DNA of 64,000 nt from Dictyostelium discoideum. Its lineage: Eukaryota. Below the pieces are notes generated by a model. The model made no database searches and was not told where the DNA came from. It saw only the letters and a list, made by a program, of their open reading frames with translations. The DNA is taken from the NCBI GenBank assembly GCA_000004695.1, contig CM000151.3:1696001-1760000 (forward strand). The letters run 5' to 3'. Below, piece after piece: positions 62,989 to 64,000 of this stretch. Position numbers and translations under genes: made by a program. Each line of letters starts with the position of its first letter. The first letter of the stretch is position 1.

Positions 62989-64000
62989 TAATTGAAGTAA
63001 CACTTTCACCATGATGACAACGTCTCATTGTTTCAGATAAAACAGAGGCAATTGATATGATTTTAAGTTTTGGACATTTTTCTTTGTTATGTTCATTTGG
63101 AATTGAATCGGTAATTACCAATTCAGTGATTGATGAATCATTTATGATATCGATTGCATTATTTGAGAAAACACCATGAGTAACTAAAGCATAAACTTTG
63201 ATTGCACCTTTTTTAATTAATGCTTTTGATGCTAATTTTAAAGTTTTACAAGTATCTGCAATATCATCGATTATGATTGCAATCTTTCCAGTTACATCAC
63301 CAACTAGAACTGTCTCTTCAATATCGAATGAAAATGATGATGATAATGACAATGACATCTCTTTATTTGCACGATGAATAATTGCTAATTCACTCTCTAA
63401 TTTATCTGAAATTGCTTTTGCTCTCTTTACACCACCAACGCCAGGTGATACAATTACAAACTCTTGATTTAAAAATTCTGTCTTTTTCTTCTTTTTAATA
63501 TATTTTACAAATAATGGTTCTGTATAAACATTTTCAACTGGTATATTAAAAAAACCTTGAATTTGACTTGAACTATTATTATAATTTAATTTTTAAAAAA
63601 AAAAAAAAAAAAAAAAGATTAATAATAATAATAATATTAAATAATAATAAATAATAAGTAATAATAATATTTACTGTAAATCCATAGTTATTACTCTATC
63701 GATACCAGCAGCTTCCATCATATTAGCAACTAATTTACAAGTGATTGGCGCTCTTGATTTATCTTTTTTTGATTGTCTAGCATAACCAAAGAATGGAACT
63801 ACTGCAGTGATACGATGAGCTGAAGCTCTTTTTGCACCATCTACCATTACCAATAATTCCATTAGATAATCATTTACACTTGGATTACAAGTTGGTTGAA
63901 CTATATATAAATCTACATCTCTAACTGATTCGTTGATTATTACTTGTGTTTCACTATTTGCAAATTTTGAAACTAATGCATTTCCAACTTCTGTATTTAA
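62981..64000 (-). CDS. Ribose-phosphate pyrophosphokinase (PRPP synthetase), 3' part. Minus-strand exons 63572..62981 and >64000..63675. The gene continues past the window end.
   Basis: ...[78 protein letters not shown]|[21 protein letters not shown]...[12 protein letters not shown]...[24 protein letters not shown]...HGESV matches PRPS1/2 throughout. Minus-strand donor GTAAAT at 63674..63669, acceptor AG at 63574/63573, phase 2. Confidence 0.85.

Overview
This window is nuclear DNA from a dictyostelid social amoeba, almost certainly Dictyostelium discoideum. The evidence is the extreme AT bias, poly(dA)/(dT) intergenic tracts, in-frame AAT and CAA runs encoding poly-N and poly-Q, short AT-rich GT..AG introns, and lineage-specific families (FNIP repeats, frizzled-like 7TM receptors, BMP-domain family-C GPCRs). 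It is not prokaryotic: I find no operons, no CRISPR array, no tRNA or rRNA genes and no recognisable transposon. So I see no prokaryote-style undescribed defence or mobile system here.

I can support about 27 protein-coding genes, most with 0-3 short introns that I mapped by hand from reading frames and ortholog motifs. In map order they are:
- a 3' fragment of a membrane protein;
- sphingosine kinase;
- quinolinate phosphoribosyltransferase;
- a small secreted protein;
- an SDR oxidoreductase;
- a PTR2/POT peptide transporter with four exons, one a 22-nt mini-exon;
- a POLE3/CHRAC-17 histone-fold protein;
- NAD kinase;
- a mitochondrially targeted helical protein;
- an Erv1/ALR sulfhydryl oxidase;
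- a small mitochondrial-type membrane protein;
- PEX2;
- two tandem aspartyl-tRNA synthetase paralogs;
- a small Cys-rich secreted peptide;
- two tandem frizzled-like 7TM receptor paralogs;
- a ricin-B-lectin/toxin-like protein;
- SMG8;
- a large coiled-coil protein with a C-terminal calponin-homology domain;
- a grl-type family-C GPCR;
- an F-box-like protein;
- NDUFA2;
- an SLX4-like scaffold;
- an FNIP-repeat protein;
- the 3' part of a PRPP synthetase.

The points most worth a second look are:
- a tandem AspRS duplication in which one copy has a remodelled aspartate-binding motif (QSPQ to ESTQ; FRAE to YRTD);
- an adjacent tandem pair of frizzled-like receptors that share a non-obvious splice site;
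- a cytosolic ricin-B lectin fused to a roughly 450-aa Gly-rich, putatively membrane-active domain (possibly a horizontal-transfer candidate), with an 84-bp tandem duplication that includes its start codon;
- an SLX4-like gene whose conserved C-terminal SLX1-binding helix sits in a different frame about 300 bp past the main ORF's stop;
- an SMG8 ortholog whose reading frame is interrupted by a stop, resolvable either by a 76-nt intron or by a 1-nt indel;
- long ORF-free AT deserts containing microsatellites, a palindrome and DUSE-like motifs.
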